This document shows positions 1 through 8,783 of a stretch of 61,390 nt of DNA, piece after piece. A program made the translations under genes and the position numbers. The notes beneath the pieces were generated by a model. That model saw only the letters and a list, made by a program, of their open reading frames with translations. It had not been told where the DNA came from and ran no database searches. Source of the stretch: a virus (lineage: Duplodnaviria > Caudoviricetes); IMG/VR virus record IMGVR_UViG_3300027744_000020, positions 1 through 61,390 of that record. One strand, written 5' to 3'. How positions within the stretch are numbered: the first letter of the stretch is position 1; every line of letters starts with the position of its first letter.

Positions 1-5
1 TGCAT

Positions 6-1022
6 TTATTTAAACGCAAGTAATGCTGGTGTTTCTGTGGGGCGATCTGGATCTGTTGCAACACCGCCATCAGCATACCCATACAGTTTTTTAGCTTCTT
101 CAGGTGCAAGCTTTGAGTAAGAAGGCGCAAAGTAGCGTTGCTCCCGACCATAAATATCAGGGGTTGGGAATGGCGTAGTGGTAGGACTTGGCGTGTTAAT
201 CAGCGGGTCTTGCCCCGGCTGAACTTGCTGTGGTTGACCGCCCGTGGGGTTCATGGCAAATTTGTAACGTTGCCCCATGTCTGAGTCGGCTTTTTCTTCT
301 TCCACTTTTTGGGGGGTCATCATTCCGCCAATAGCTGGTGCAGCGGCAGAGCCTACGGTTTTAAGTAAGCTCATAGGTGAGCCACCAAGATTGTTGTAAA
401 GATTGGTTAAGCCACCCTCTTGCCCAAGAGTTCCAATACCTTTACCCATCATGCCAAGCCTATCCATAAAGCCTTTTGGAGCTAAATTATTAACCGCGCC
501 CCTAGCTGCGTCTGCGGCTGTCTGTTGAGCCGTTATATATTGGCTCTGCATTTCCGGCCTTAGTGTTCCGGTTGGATCAAAAAAGTTAGAGTTAGCAACA
601 CTAGCATTCTCAGCAATCTTAGCCTGTGCCGCTTGTGCGGCGGAATCACCAGCTACCGCAGCCTCCATACCACTTGCTGCCAATCCTTGACCCAGTCCAG
701 CGCCACCGTAAGCGCCCAAACCAGCCATCAAGCCTTTTTGCAAACTGCCTGTCATAAGCGTCATGCCGCCGCCAACCATCAAAGCAGCCATAGGAGCGCC
801 GACACCAGTAGCAGTTAAAGCTGCGCCAGCCACCATAGGCAGGATAGACTCAAGAAAGCCAGCTTCGGGTAAGCCTGTTTGTGGATTAATGGTTAATTGC
901 CCGCCATGCGCCATCGCCAAATCATTAAGGCTTTTAACCTCTCGGGGCGACATGTGTACAAGCGTGGAATCGTTACCACGCCCAGTGCTGGAAAGGTGTT
1001 GGGCTGCAAGCTGTAGGCTCAT
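6..1022 (-). CDS. Putative ejection/internal virion protein (Gly/Ala-rich)
   Basis: Start moved to ATG 1022 (GAGG SD). N-terminal GRGNDSTLVHM...LTINPQTGLPEAG, Gly/Ala-rich hydrophobic segment, YADGG motif. Follows the nozzle genes. The stop lies at the window edge, so the 3' end is uncertain. Confidence 0.6.
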   Translation of the reverse strand: MSLQLAAQHLSSTGRGNDSTLVHMSPREVKSLNDLAMAHGGQLTINPQTGLPEAGFLESILPMVAGAALTATGVGAPMAALMVGGGMTLMTGSLQKGLMAGLGAYGGAGLGQGLAASGMEAAVAGDSAAQAAQAKIAENASVANSNFFDPTGTLRPEMQSQYITAQQTAADAARGAVNNLAPKGFMDRLGMMGKGIGTLGQEGGLTNLYNNLGGSPMSLLKTVGSAAAPAIGGMMTPQKVEEEKADSDMGQRYKFAMNPTGGQPQQVQPGQDPLINTPSPTTTPFPTPDIYGREQRYFAPSYSKLAPEEAKKLYGYADGGVATDPDRPTETPALLAFK

Positions 1023-1050
1023 TTTTGCCTCTTTAAATGGGGGGTGGTTG

Positions 1051-1079
1051 ATCGTATCATGTTGGGCATTTTTGGACAA
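1051..1079 (-). promoter_or_regulatory. Putative sigma70 promoter for ejection genes
   Basis: TTGTCC-17 bp-TACGAT with extended -10 TG in the only intergenic gap upstream of ATG 1022. Confidence 0.45.
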
Positions 1080-1394
1080 CTACACTTTGATCTTTAGAAC
1101 ATTGCCAGCAGTAGTGTCGTAGTAAATATCACCCGCTCTGAGATTGGCAAGATCGGCTTGGGTTGGCAGGCTGATTTTGGTCGCGCCGGGAGTTGTTAGG
1201 TCAGGTTGAGCGCAGGTTAATGCGGTTACGACAGCGGTAGTTCCAACGCCTTGAGACGCAAACACAGCGGGGGAAGCGTTGTCCAGTTGGGTAAAGTACA
1301 AGCGCAGCACGTTAAGAAGCTGCTCCATATACTGTCGATCATACTGCTCGGGGGCTGCTGGTAAGCGTGGCTGGACTACGTTTTTTAAACCCAT
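1080..1394 (-). CDS. Small virion/tail-associated protein
   Basis: 104 aa ORF tightly coupled to the nozzle gene, PRLPAAPEQYD...LRLYF motif. Confidence 0.65.
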   Translation of the reverse strand: MGLKNVVQPRLPAAPEQYDRQYMEQLLNVLRLYFTQLDNASPAVFASQGVGTTAVVTALTCAQPDLTTPGATKISLPTQADLANLRAGDIYYDTTAGNVLKIKV

Positions 1395-1396
1395 GC

Positions 1397-3652
1397 CTAT
1401 CTCCTACCGTCAGGTCTGATGTCAATTCGTGGTACACCCAACTGCCACTGAACACCGATTGCGTCTGAACTTACTTGGAACGCCATCTGCCGACCACGAA
1501 TCCTGACATACACCTGCTGTGTAAACTGCTGAATTGCATAGGTTCTTTGGTTCTGGTAGTTCTGCGCACTGACCACAGACGGGTCATTTGATGGGCCGTA
1601 GTTCGCTCCGGGGTTGGCACGGGGGAGTACCGTAAACATAGCAGTCGGCCCGTTTACGCTAGAACCATCAAAGGTTAAGTCGGGAATTAAACGCCACACA
1701 AACCCGAAGTTATGTCCGTCCCCGATGTCAAAATCAGATGAAGTAACTGAGGAAACAATAGGATTTGGTGGATTAACTACGCCGTCGTCAACGCCGTTCT
1801 CATGGTACACAAGCAATGTGTTTGCATTGCCGCCAGCCGCGCCGTATGTAGCTGCCATTGGGTATGCACGTAAGGCGCTATCAAGCCAAGCGGTTCTGCC
1901 TTGGAATGCAGTGCCGGTGTAGTTAACCCAGTCGCCGTAGTACCAGACGTTGTCCAGATGGTTGTATATAACGTAGCGGTCAATCACGTTAGACCCAGCA
2001 GAGCAGTACTGCCACCACACTTCGTTATAACCCTCGTTAGTACCCGCCATAAACTGGAATGACTGCTCAAGGTTGATGTCGTTATACACATACTCGCGCA
2101 GGGTGGATGGAAGCGTTTGAACGCGACCGGAGTACATATAGAACTTGTCCGTACCCATCCAATACGTTATGTTGTTAGCAGTCGCTATTGCATTTGGCCC
2201 AGCAATAGATATGTTGTTGCCCAGAATTTGGAAGCTCCAAACGTAGGGTGGGCCGAGGTATTGCATGGAGTAAATGGCAGAATCAGTCAATACCAAAATT
2301 TCTTGACGGGTCTGTTTGGCTGTAACTATTTGTGAGCCGTCACTTAAAGTGTAGCTACCTGCTTGGTTTGTAATAGCTGGAAACCATGTAACAAAACTTT
2401 CTTGGTCAGACCAACGAATAAGCATGGGGTCTTGGATAGTTGCTCCGGGCGTTCCGGGATAGTCATTAACACCAAATGCAAGGACAAACCTTGAGGCATC
2501 GGACACCATAACAAAGTTGGCAACTATTGGGCATGAGGAATCCGTAGTTACAGTTCCATATTTGGTAACAATTGATGCGCTTGGGCCAAGAAGTTGACCC
2601 CTGTTAAATGTATTTGTTGACGCAGCGTTTGCCCAGTAATACAGTGCGCCACCACGGGGGTTAAAAATTAAGTCCTCGCCAAAGGTTGACTGGCTCCATA
2701 AACGAAGCTGCTCTCCAATACCTTGACCAGCAGGAGCGGGGTCACCCCACCCAGTGAATGTGGTGGACTGAATAACTGCTGCGTTGTCAGCATGAGAGGC
2801 GGCTGCGCCTGAGCCTGTACCACTTAGTCCTCGGGTACAACCCAAGAATTGAGTTGAATTTTTACTTGTATAAGATATGTTTTCAGAGTCAATTAAGATG
2901 TTTCCCGCCGCTGAAAACGAAGTTGTGCTATCTACCGTGATAGTTGTGACGGAATTATTTATAGCCCCATTGAGTTGGTTTGTTGCCGTACCCGGAATAA
3001 AGCCGCCCCAAGTACCCGCGCCCCAACCTACGTTCTGGGTAAAGACATCGTTACCCGAAGTGACCTGATAAGCGCCAATAACAGATGCGCCGCCATTTCC
3101 TGAGTCACCTGCACTTGCTAGAACTGAAGCTGTGATGGTGTAGGTGTCGCTTGTTAAATACGTTATCTGAAACTCAGCATTAAGGATAGCGGCAGTGATG
3201 TTGCCGCCCAAAGAGACTGCTCCACTGAAAGTCACAAAGTCACCAGTTTGAGCGCCGTGTCCTACATCAGTGACTGTAATTACTGCCGAGCCAGTTGATG
3301 CGGCAAAAGTAACTTCACCAGCGGCTGTTGTCGTACGTATTGGTGTTACGTCGTAGTAGTAACCGTTTGTACCGTTCTGGATGTAGTATTTTAAGTTTGT
3401 ACCAAGAGCCAACAGGTTGTAGCCTGCCAAGTTAATCCAATTCCATAGCGCTCGGCAAACGCCCCAAACCTTACCTGTGGTTGGTTTTAGCGCGGAAAGG
3501 TTTATTCCTGTATCGGCTGTCCAACCGCCAATCTTCTCGGGCATACCCGAGCGAAAGCGAATTTTGTTGGATGCGTAATACCCGCCCTCATTGGCGTAAG
3601 AGGTGTTCTCTCTGTTTACACCGGGACGAAGAGCGAGTTTTTGTAAGGGCAT
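1397..3652 (-). CDS. Tail nozzle / P22 gp10-like DNA stabilisation protein
   Basis: 751 aa. IRWSDQE, YWMG..FYMYSG and NEVWW.Y propeller-like motifs, with an FCCH-like HG..TGDFVTFSG insert. Position in the tail module fits. Confidence 0.7.
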   Translation of the reverse strand: MPLQKLALRPGVNRENTSYANEGGYYASNKIRFRSGMPEKIGGWTADTGINLSALKPTTGKVWGVCRALWNWINLAGYNLLALGTNLKYYIQNGTNGYYYDVTPIRTTTAAGEVTFAASTGSAVITVTDVGHGAQTGDFVTFSGAVSLGGNITAAILNAEFQITYLTSDTYTITASVLASAGDSGNGGASVIGAYQVTSGNDVFTQNVGWGAGTWGGFIPGTATNQLNGAINNSVTTITVDSTTSFSAAGNILIDSENISYTSKNSTQFLGCTRGLSGTGSGAAASHADNAAVIQSTTFTGWGDPAPAGQGIGEQLRLWSQSTFGEDLIFNPRGGALYYWANAASTNTFNRGQLLGPSASIVTKYGTVTTDSSCPIVANFVMVSDASRFVLAFGVNDYPGTPGATIQDPMLIRWSDQESFVTWFPAITNQAGSYTLSDGSQIVTAKQTRQEILVLTDSAIYSMQYLGPPYVWSFQILGNNISIAGPNAIATANNITYWMGTDKFYMYSGRVQTLPSTLREYVYNDINLEQSFQFMAGTNEGYNEVWWQYCSAGSNVIDRYVIYNHLDNVWYYGDWVNYTGTAFQGRTAWLDSALRAYPMAATYGAAGGNANTLLVYHENGVDDGVVNPPNPIVSSVTSSDFDIGDGHNFGFVWRLIPDLTFDGSSVNGPTAMFTVLPRANPGANYGPSNDPSVVSAQNYQNQRTYAIQQFTQQVYVRIRGRQMAFQVSSDAIGVQWQLGVPRIDIRPDGRR

Positions 3653-3653
3653 G

Positions 3654-4118
3654 TTAGGCTACAAGACCGGGAACGTATTGGGTTTTACCAGCTACTTTCA
3701 TGGCGGTCAACTCCTGCTTCTTCAGGTTGTTCGGGTCGTAAGACACATGCACCCAACCACTATCAGGTATGCCGGGGGTGTAAAACTCAAGGATGAGTTG
3801 TGTGTATTCTAAGTTATCCATGATCCATTGGGCAAGCTCTGCGTTTGGCACTCCGGGTATCTCAATATCGGCTGCTTGGCCCTTGACATGGTCTGAGGTA
3901 CGAGATCCTCCGACTGCTGCATTACTTTCGGCACTGCGGAACCCAGAATTACACTTGACACCCTTACCGAAATGGTCACGCACGGGCTGAAGAACTTTCT
4001 CAGCCAATAGCTTTAAAGCGGCGATCTCGGCTTCGCCGGGGGTATTGTCAAAACCCATACGCAAAGCTGTCTCTGATTTGGTCAGTTCGTGTAGTGAAAA
4101 GTTTGCTGTCAGGTTCAT
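3654..4118 (-). CDS. Endolysin, peptidase M15A family
   Basis: SGFRS..N.AVGG..TSDH..GQAADI and WVHVS zinc-binding motifs. Confidence 0.9.
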   Translation of the reverse strand: MNLTANFSLHELTKSETALRMGFDNTPGEAEIAALKLLAEKVLQPVRDHFGKGVKCNSGFRSAESNAAVGGSRTSDHVKGQAADIEIPGVPNAELAQWIMDNLEYTQLILEFYTPGIPDSGWVHVSYDPNNLKKQELTAMKVAGKTQYVPGLVA

Positions 4119-4582
4119 TTAATGTTCCTCATTTGGTCGTATTGGTCAATGCAGGCGTTGAGGCTGCGGATGGCTTGGTCTCCCCGGCTGGTGAGATCGA
4201 TAAGAGATTGAGCAGTTCTTGGGTCAAGCTCGGCTCTTGTTTCTGTATTTCCAGAGGCAGCGGGGGGATCTGCGGTGGCTGATACGGCGCACTCGGGGGC
4301 TTTGACAGGAATGAACAGCTTGCGCTCGCCAGAGGCAATATCAGTACGCAGCTTATCTTCTTTAACTTTTGCAACATTGTTGGCCTTCCTTAATGTTTGA
4401 GCATATGTTTGAGCAACTTCACCCATACGCCGTTCTGTTTGCCGCGCCTGTTCGTTTAAACGAGCAATCTCAAGTTGCTGGCGCTCGTATTCATTTTGCT
4501 CACCGCTGTAATACCCAACACCAAAGCTACCCAACACCGCCAGAACAATGCCAAGCAAGACATACGGATTAAACAGACTCAT
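4115..4582 (-). CDS. Rz: Inner-membrane spanin (Rz-like)
   Basis: N-terminal TM helix, coiled coil, C-terminal GD.AIRSLNAC..QY. Adjacent to the endolysin. Confidence 0.8.
   Translation of the reverse strand: MSLFNPYVLLGIVLAVLGSFGVGYYSGEQNEYERQQLEIARLNEQARQTERRMGEVAQTYAQTLRKANNVAKVKEDKLRTDIASGERKLFIPVKAPECAVSATADPPAASGNTETRAELDPRTAQSLIDLTSRGDQAIRSLNACIDQYDQMRNIK
4129..4377 (-). CDS. Rz1: Outer-membrane spanin lipoprotein embedded in Rz
   Basis: Alternate-frame ORF fully inside Rz. Basic N-terminus, hydrophobic stretch, lipobox-like ASASC, Pro-rich mature part. Confidence 0.7.
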   Translation of the reverse strand: MLQKLKKISCVLILPLASASCSFLSKPPSAPYQPPQIPPLPLEIQKQEPSLTQELLNLLSISPAGETKPSAASTPALTNTTK

Positions 4583-4902
4583 GGCTTTGGTGGCTCATCG
4601 TTATCGTTGGCCTCGGCTTTGGCAACTGCATTGGCTACGGCTTTAATACCAGACCTGCCAGCCACGCCGCCAAGAACGCCAGTGATAAACACCATGATGG
4701 TAGAAATCTGCTGGGTGTATATCTTGTCAATAGGAGCCATACCCGCCATAGGCTGAGTGACGTAGGTCACAGAGTACAGGAACGCCACCATTGCGCCAAG
4801 CAGGATGGTCACCAAAACGACAATTACAAAAGCCCATACACGGACTTCAATCTCTTCTGCGGTCAAGCGGTTGTTTGGTTTGTATCCAACAGTAGGCATC
4901 AT
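4579..4902 (-). CDS. Two-TM membrane protein, holin candidate
   Basis: Two long hydrophobic helices, located in the lysis cassette. Confidence 0.55.
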   Translation of the reverse strand: MMPTVGYKPNNRLTAEEIEVRVWAFVIVVLVTILLGAMVAFLYSVTYVTQPMAGMAPIDKIYTQQISTIMVFITGVLGGVAGRSGIKAVANAVAKAEANDNDEPPKP

Positions 4903-5102
4903 TTCTTCTCCTGCTCAGGTTTAATAAGCTGCTCTGGGCATGTACCCGTAGCAGTACAGATTGGGGGCTTGCATTCAACGTTATTCCAATTTGTTGGATT
5001 TTGGCAGGGGTAACGAAAACGGTCGTCGCACCCAGTCAGCAAGCCGCAGAGGATGCCAACGCAAACAGTCAGCGCCAACAGTGAAAGTTCATGTCTTGTC
5101 AC
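4899..5102 (-). CDS. Small Cys-rich lipoprotein
   Basis: Probable GTG start at 5102. Lipobox LLTGC followed by DRFRYPCQNP...CKPPIC...C. Confidence 0.65.
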   Translation of the reverse strand: MTRHELSLLALTVCVGILCGLLTGCDDRFRYPCQNPTNWNNVECKPPICTATGTCPEQLIKPEQEKK

Positions 5103-5373
5103 GTTTTTCCCTTTCAAGTTCTTTACGTATTTTTTCCATCTTTTCAATCTGCGTCTGGGCTTCTTTTTTGGTTTGCAGCACGTCTATGTACAACATACCC
5201 AATAAGGGTAGGAGCATACCCACAAGCACACAAGCAGCAATCCAACCCATTATATTTTCCCAATCCTGCTTAAGAGGCCGAGGAGGAGCCACAGGTACAG
5301 AAGGAAAAGAAAAGTCGCTAGTAGGTACGCTTGCTTTTCGCTTGTAAGGCGCTCCTTTTCCTTGCGTTGCCAT
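5089..5373 (-). CDS. Single-TM protein with C-terminal coiled coil
   Basis: One TM helix then a charged helix. Overlaps the upstream gene by 124 nt. Confidence 0.55.
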   Translation of the reverse strand: MATQGKGAPYKRKASVPTSDFSFPSVPVAPPRPLKQDWENIMGWIAACVLVGMLLPLLGMLYIDVLQTKKEAQTQIEKMEKIRKELEREKRDKT

Positions 5374-5921
5374 GAGTCGTCATCCCGTTTCTTCCTTGCT
5401 TTATCCTGCTCTGCCTTGATTACATCCCGCATTTCAAAGACTTTGCTATACAAAGCCCCCATCTCTTTAGGAGCGCCGTACACCATCGCCTCTCTTATCT
5501 CCACCTCCAACGCTGCCATCTGGTCTTGAGCCATTACCCGCTTCAGGGCGGCTTCCATCAAGTTGGCATCGGGGTCAAAAACCGTTTTGCTCTTCTCTTC
5601 CTCTTCCCTTATGTGTTCAGCAAGCTGTTCTTGCAACTTAAAGAAAGTCGAAAGCTGAGTAACGATGTCTGCCATGACTTGGGTTTCGTCAACGGCAACG
5701 TAGGCTTCCTTCTTTTTCGCCACAGGCTTGGCTTGGGCGGCTGGCGCTGACCCGAAGAGCTTTGCCCAGAATCCTCTGACTGCTTTAACATCTGTAACAA
5801 CTTCATCAACAGTCTTCTTGATCTCCATAAAAGACGTTTTAGCGTCTTTGTAAAGCTTACACCCCTGCTTGATTGCAGCGACACAGGCATTTGCAGCGAA
5901 GAGGATGGAGATCGGGTCAAT
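5250..5921 (-). CDS. Coiled-coil protein with C-terminal TM, probable ATT start
   Basis: Frame is open from ATT-GAC-CCG at 5921, 2 nt after the upstream stop. First ATG is at 5828. Confidence 0.6.
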   Translation of the reverse strand: MDPISILFAANACVAAIKQGCKLYKDAKTSFMEIKKTVDEVVTDVKAVRGFWAKLFGSAPAAQAKPVAKKKEAYVAVDETQVMADIVTQLSTFFKLQEQLAEHIREEEEKSKTVFDPDANLMEAALKRVMAQDQMAALEVEIREAMVYGAPKEMGALYSKVFEMRDVIKAEQDKARKKRDDDSWQRKEKERLTSEKQAYLLATFLFLLYLWLLLGLLSRIGKI

Positions 5922-5923
5922 TT

Positions 5924-6157
5924 TTAACTCTGCGGCATCGCTGCCTTGATTTCGTCTACTGTTGAAGCTGCGTCAATAGCAGTTTGCATCGCTGCATATT
6001 TGGCTCTAATTACAGCCCTTGCCGCTTCAGCGCCGTCGATTTGACCGGGAATTTGCTTAGCAATAGCTTCGTCATAGGGCTTGAACTCTTCAGTTCGGGC
6101 AGCACGGCGCACGTTGTGGGCTATGGTTTTGGCTTTGGTTACGTTGATGGTAATCAT
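5924..6157 (-). CDS. Tail fibre assembly chaperone-like protein
   Basis: ATG 6157 with GGAG SD, ATGA overlap with the upstream gene. C-terminal AIDAASTVDEIKA typical of fibre chaperones. Confidence 0.7.
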   Translation of the reverse strand: MITINVTKAKTIAHNVRRAARTEEFKPYDEAIAKQIPGQIDGAEAARAVIRAKYAAMQTAIDAASTVDEIKAAMPQS

Positions 6158-6423
6158 GCTTGCTCCTTTTCTTTCTTGGCGGCTTGCTCTGCAAACCATG
6201 CGTCTGCGCCAATCCCTCGGCCTACTGCGTTGGTGAAGTCCGCCTCCCATGCGTTAAAGAACATACTGTCTTGTGGAAGCTGATCTACGTTGATGATGTG
6301 ATACGGTTTACCTGCGGGTACGTCCTTACGGGCAATCTCCTCAATAGATAAACCGCACTCAGGGGCAGGGCTAACGACGGTTAACCAACCTTCGTTGTTT
6401 GGATAAATAATTACTTGTGTCAT
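6154..6423 (-). CDS. Tail fibre assembly chaperone-like protein
   Basis: IARKDVPAG.PY.I....LP.D..F.NAWE motif directly after a fibre gene. Confidence 0.7.
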   Translation of the reverse strand: MTQVIIYPNNEGWLTVVSPAPECGLSIEEIARKDVPAGKPYHIINVDQLPQDSMFFNAWEADFTNAVGRGIGADAWFAEQAAKKEKEQA

Positions 6424-6432
6424 AGTTTTTCC

Positions 6433-8136
6433 TTAACGAAAGATTGAAGCATTTATAATGTTGGAATCAAGTGCTGCACCATTTACTGAATTAGCCACAG
6501 CAACTTGAACCGCTGATGTTGTGTATGTACCACCAGTGCTATTGCCGGAAAAAAGTGCTTGTACTGCGCCGGGATACCAAGCTGAACCAACAACAGCATA
6601 CAATGTATCTTGCATAGCTGTTGCAAAGTTTATTGTGTAATCTCCTACTCCATTGTAGGAAACAGAACTTACATTCCCGCTTGCACGAATAACCGTAAAG
6701 CTTTGGCCTTGAAAGTTTACCCAAGCTCTAGCTGAATATGATGGCGCTGAACCTGATGCTGTTGAAAGGTTTGTGGCAGTTGTTGCGTTTGTAGCGTTGG
6801 TTGCATTAGTTGCGTTAACGGCAGAAGCTACTGACTGACTAGCAATATTGCTAGATGTAATAAATGAGCCACCCGACTGTGGGTTTGTGGCTGTTGCTGC
6901 ATTGCCTGAACATGATGCTGCGGTTGTTGCATTGGTAGCATTTGTTGCGTTTGTAGCGTTGGTAGCATTGGTAGCATTTGTTGAGGTTGTTGCAAAACTT
7001 ACTGACTGACTAGCAATATTGCTAGAGGTAATAAATGAACCGCCGCTTTGAGGGTTGGTCGCAGTGGCAGCATTTCCTGTACATGCTGCTACTGTCTGAC
7101 TGGCAATGTTGCTAGACGTAATGAACGATCCGCCCGATTGTGGGCTTGTAGCGGTTGCCGCGTTACCTGAGCATGATGCCGCTGTTGTAGCGTTGGTTGC
7201 GTTCGTGGCGTTTGTAACCGCAGTGGCTCCAATTTGACCAACAATGTCTGCTGCGCTTGCAGTTGTAATTGCTGAAGTTCCCGCGCCTTTGAGCAGTGCT
7301 CCAGAAGAAAAAGTGGTAGCGCCTGTACCACCTGAACCTACTACCAATGTAGAGGATAAACCCGCAGCAGTTCCAGTTGTGTTTTGATTGAGTGTTGGAA
7401 AGGTGCAGTTTGCAAGGTTCCCAGATGTTGGTGTGCCAAGGAGAGGGGTAACAAGTGTGGGGCTTGTAGACAAAACAACGCTGCCCGAGCCGGTAGAAGA
7501 AGTCACCCCAGTGCCGCCATTTGCAACAGGCAGGGTTCCCGTAACGTCTGTAGTCAATACAGCTTGAGCAAATGATGTGTTTGTGCCGTTTGATCTAAGT
7601 AGTCGGTTGTTTGTTTGTGCTGGGGCCAAGGCATTGAACGCAGCGTTGGCTGAGGTTTGTCCTGTACCGCCGTTCGCGATAGCAAGTGTGCCGGTTAAGT
7701 TTTGAGCTTGGATATCAAAGAAATTTGTCCCGTCCGACCAGACCATGACTTTATTGCCAGCCGCAATAGCAACCCCCGCACCGGCAGCAGTTGTGTTACC
7801 GATGACCGTAGAGTTGTATATCGTGATTGTGAAGCTACTGTTGTTCCAAATGATGTACTGCTTAGATACAGGTGGAGCATAAATGGCAGATGCCGCAGCC
7901 GCACTGTTGAGTTTCAAAATGGCGTAGATTGACTGGTTCAGGGACGAAGAAGATGTCGGCCCGTTTACATAGGTCAGAGCTTGAGCAGCAGATGAGATGG
8001 TTACTGTGTTGATTCCCGCAATAGCAGTATCAAAAATGTAAGCAAAGTTGTTGTCGGTGGTCTGACCCCATGTACCGGCTTGGTCGCCCGAGCCAATAAG
8101 CTCAATCCGCAAACTGTTGGAATATGTGCTGCTCAT
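6433..8136 (-). CDS. Tail fibre protein (short)
   Basis: MSSTYS..LRIELI..G...GTWG.TT N-terminus, GTL.vANGGTG repeats, ATN repeats, ARAWVNF tip domain. Confidence 0.85.
   Translation of the reverse strand: MSSTYSNSLRIELIGSGDQAGTWGQTTDNNFAYIFDTAIAGINTVTISSAAQALTYVNGPTSSSSLNQSIYAILKLNSAAAASAIYAPPVSKQYIIWNNSSFTITIYNSTVIGNTTAAGAGVAIAAGNKVMVWSDGTNFFDIQAQNLTGTLAIANGGTGQTSANAAFNALAPAQTNNRLLRSNGTNTSFAQAVLTTDVTGTLPVANGGTGVTSSTGSGSVVLSTSPTLVTPLLGTPTSGNLANCTFPTLNQNTTGTAAGLSSTLVVGSGGTGATTFSSGALLKGAGTSAITTASAADIVGQIGATAVTNATNATNATTAASCSGNAATATSPQSGGSFITSSNIASQTVAACTGNAATATNPQSGGSFITSSNIASQSVSFATTSTNATNATNATNATNATNATTAASCSGNAATATNPQSGGSFITSSNIASQSVASAVNATNATNATNATTATNLSTASGSAPSYSARAWVNFQGQSFTVIRASGNVSSVSYNGVGDYTINFATAMQDTLYAVVGSAWYPGAVQALFSGNSTGGTYTTSAVQVAVANSVNGAALDSNIINASIFR
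6780..7215 (-). repeat. Intragenic repeats: (ATN)n tracts and three GNAATATxPQSGGSFITSSNIASQ units
   Basis: Read directly from the translation and DNA. Boundaries are approximate. Confidence 0.85.
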
Positions 8137-8145
8137 GGCTGCTCC

Positions 8146-8328
8146 TTATACTGCTGGGGGTGGTACTGCTCTAGTCCCTGATTGCTGTGCTGCTTGAAAT
8201 TCTTGACCCAACTTGCTCAATTTCATAAACAGGTCAATGCACTCGCCAAGCTGACCAACAGACAACTGCTTCATGATTACGTTGAATTCGGTAATGGTTA
8301 CTTCGCCGATGTTGATTTTGTCGTTCAT
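8146..8328 (-). CDS. Small hypothetical protein (fibre-associated)
   Basis: 60 aa with AAGGA SD, in operon orientation. Confidence 0.6.
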   Translation of the reverse strand: MNDKINIGEVTITEFNVIMKQLSVGQLGECIDLFMKLSKLGQEFQAAQQSGTRAVPPPAV

Positions 8329-8337
8329 TTGTTTTCC

Positions 8338-8697
8338 TTATGGAGTTGGGGTTGGGGTTGGTGGGGTTGGGGGAGCCCAAGGTAAAGCGGGTTCTGTTAC
8401 GGGGTCAATTTTATCCGCTATCTGCTTGGCAATCTGTGCATTGACATGCTCTTCGTAACTGCCGGTTACAACAGGCTGAATCCAGCCCAGCACAATTTCT
8501 TGCGTTAGTTCGTCGTAAGGTATGAAGTCGGTTTGATCTGGATTGGCGGTAAAAGGTGTTGCGCCACTGAACACGCCAGTGTTGCCGTTCTCATCCGTGC
8601 CGGTTTTTGTCCAGTACGTTTGAACAACGTAGTTGGTTTCTGTTCCCACATTGGTAACTTTCATGCCTGTTACGGCCCATGTGTATGTGATTGCCAT
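8338..8697 (-). CDS. Tail fibre-associated chaperone-like protein
   Basis: MAITYTW.V...FIPYDELT...VLGW...LPW pattern seen next to phage fibres. Confidence 0.7.
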   Translation of the reverse strand: MAITYTWAVTGMKVTNVGTETNYVVQTYWTKTGTDENGNTGVFSGATPFTANPDQTDFIPYDELTQEIVLGWIQPVVTGSYEEHVNAQIAKQIADKIDPVTEPALPWAPPTPPTPTPTP

Positions 8698-8699
8698 GT

Positions 8700-8774
8700 T
8701 TACACTCCTTTAGGGTATTTGATTTTAACTGTCAAGCAGTCCGCGATGTTTGGATAAATAATTACTTGTGTCAT
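8700..8774 (-). pseudogene. 24-codon remnant of the 6154-6423 chaperone gene
   Basis: Begins MTQVIIYPN, as does 6423. A 35 bp block is identical (6396-6430 vs 8747-8781), then the sequence diverges and stops. Confidence 0.7.
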
Positions 8775-8783
8775 AGTTTTTCT

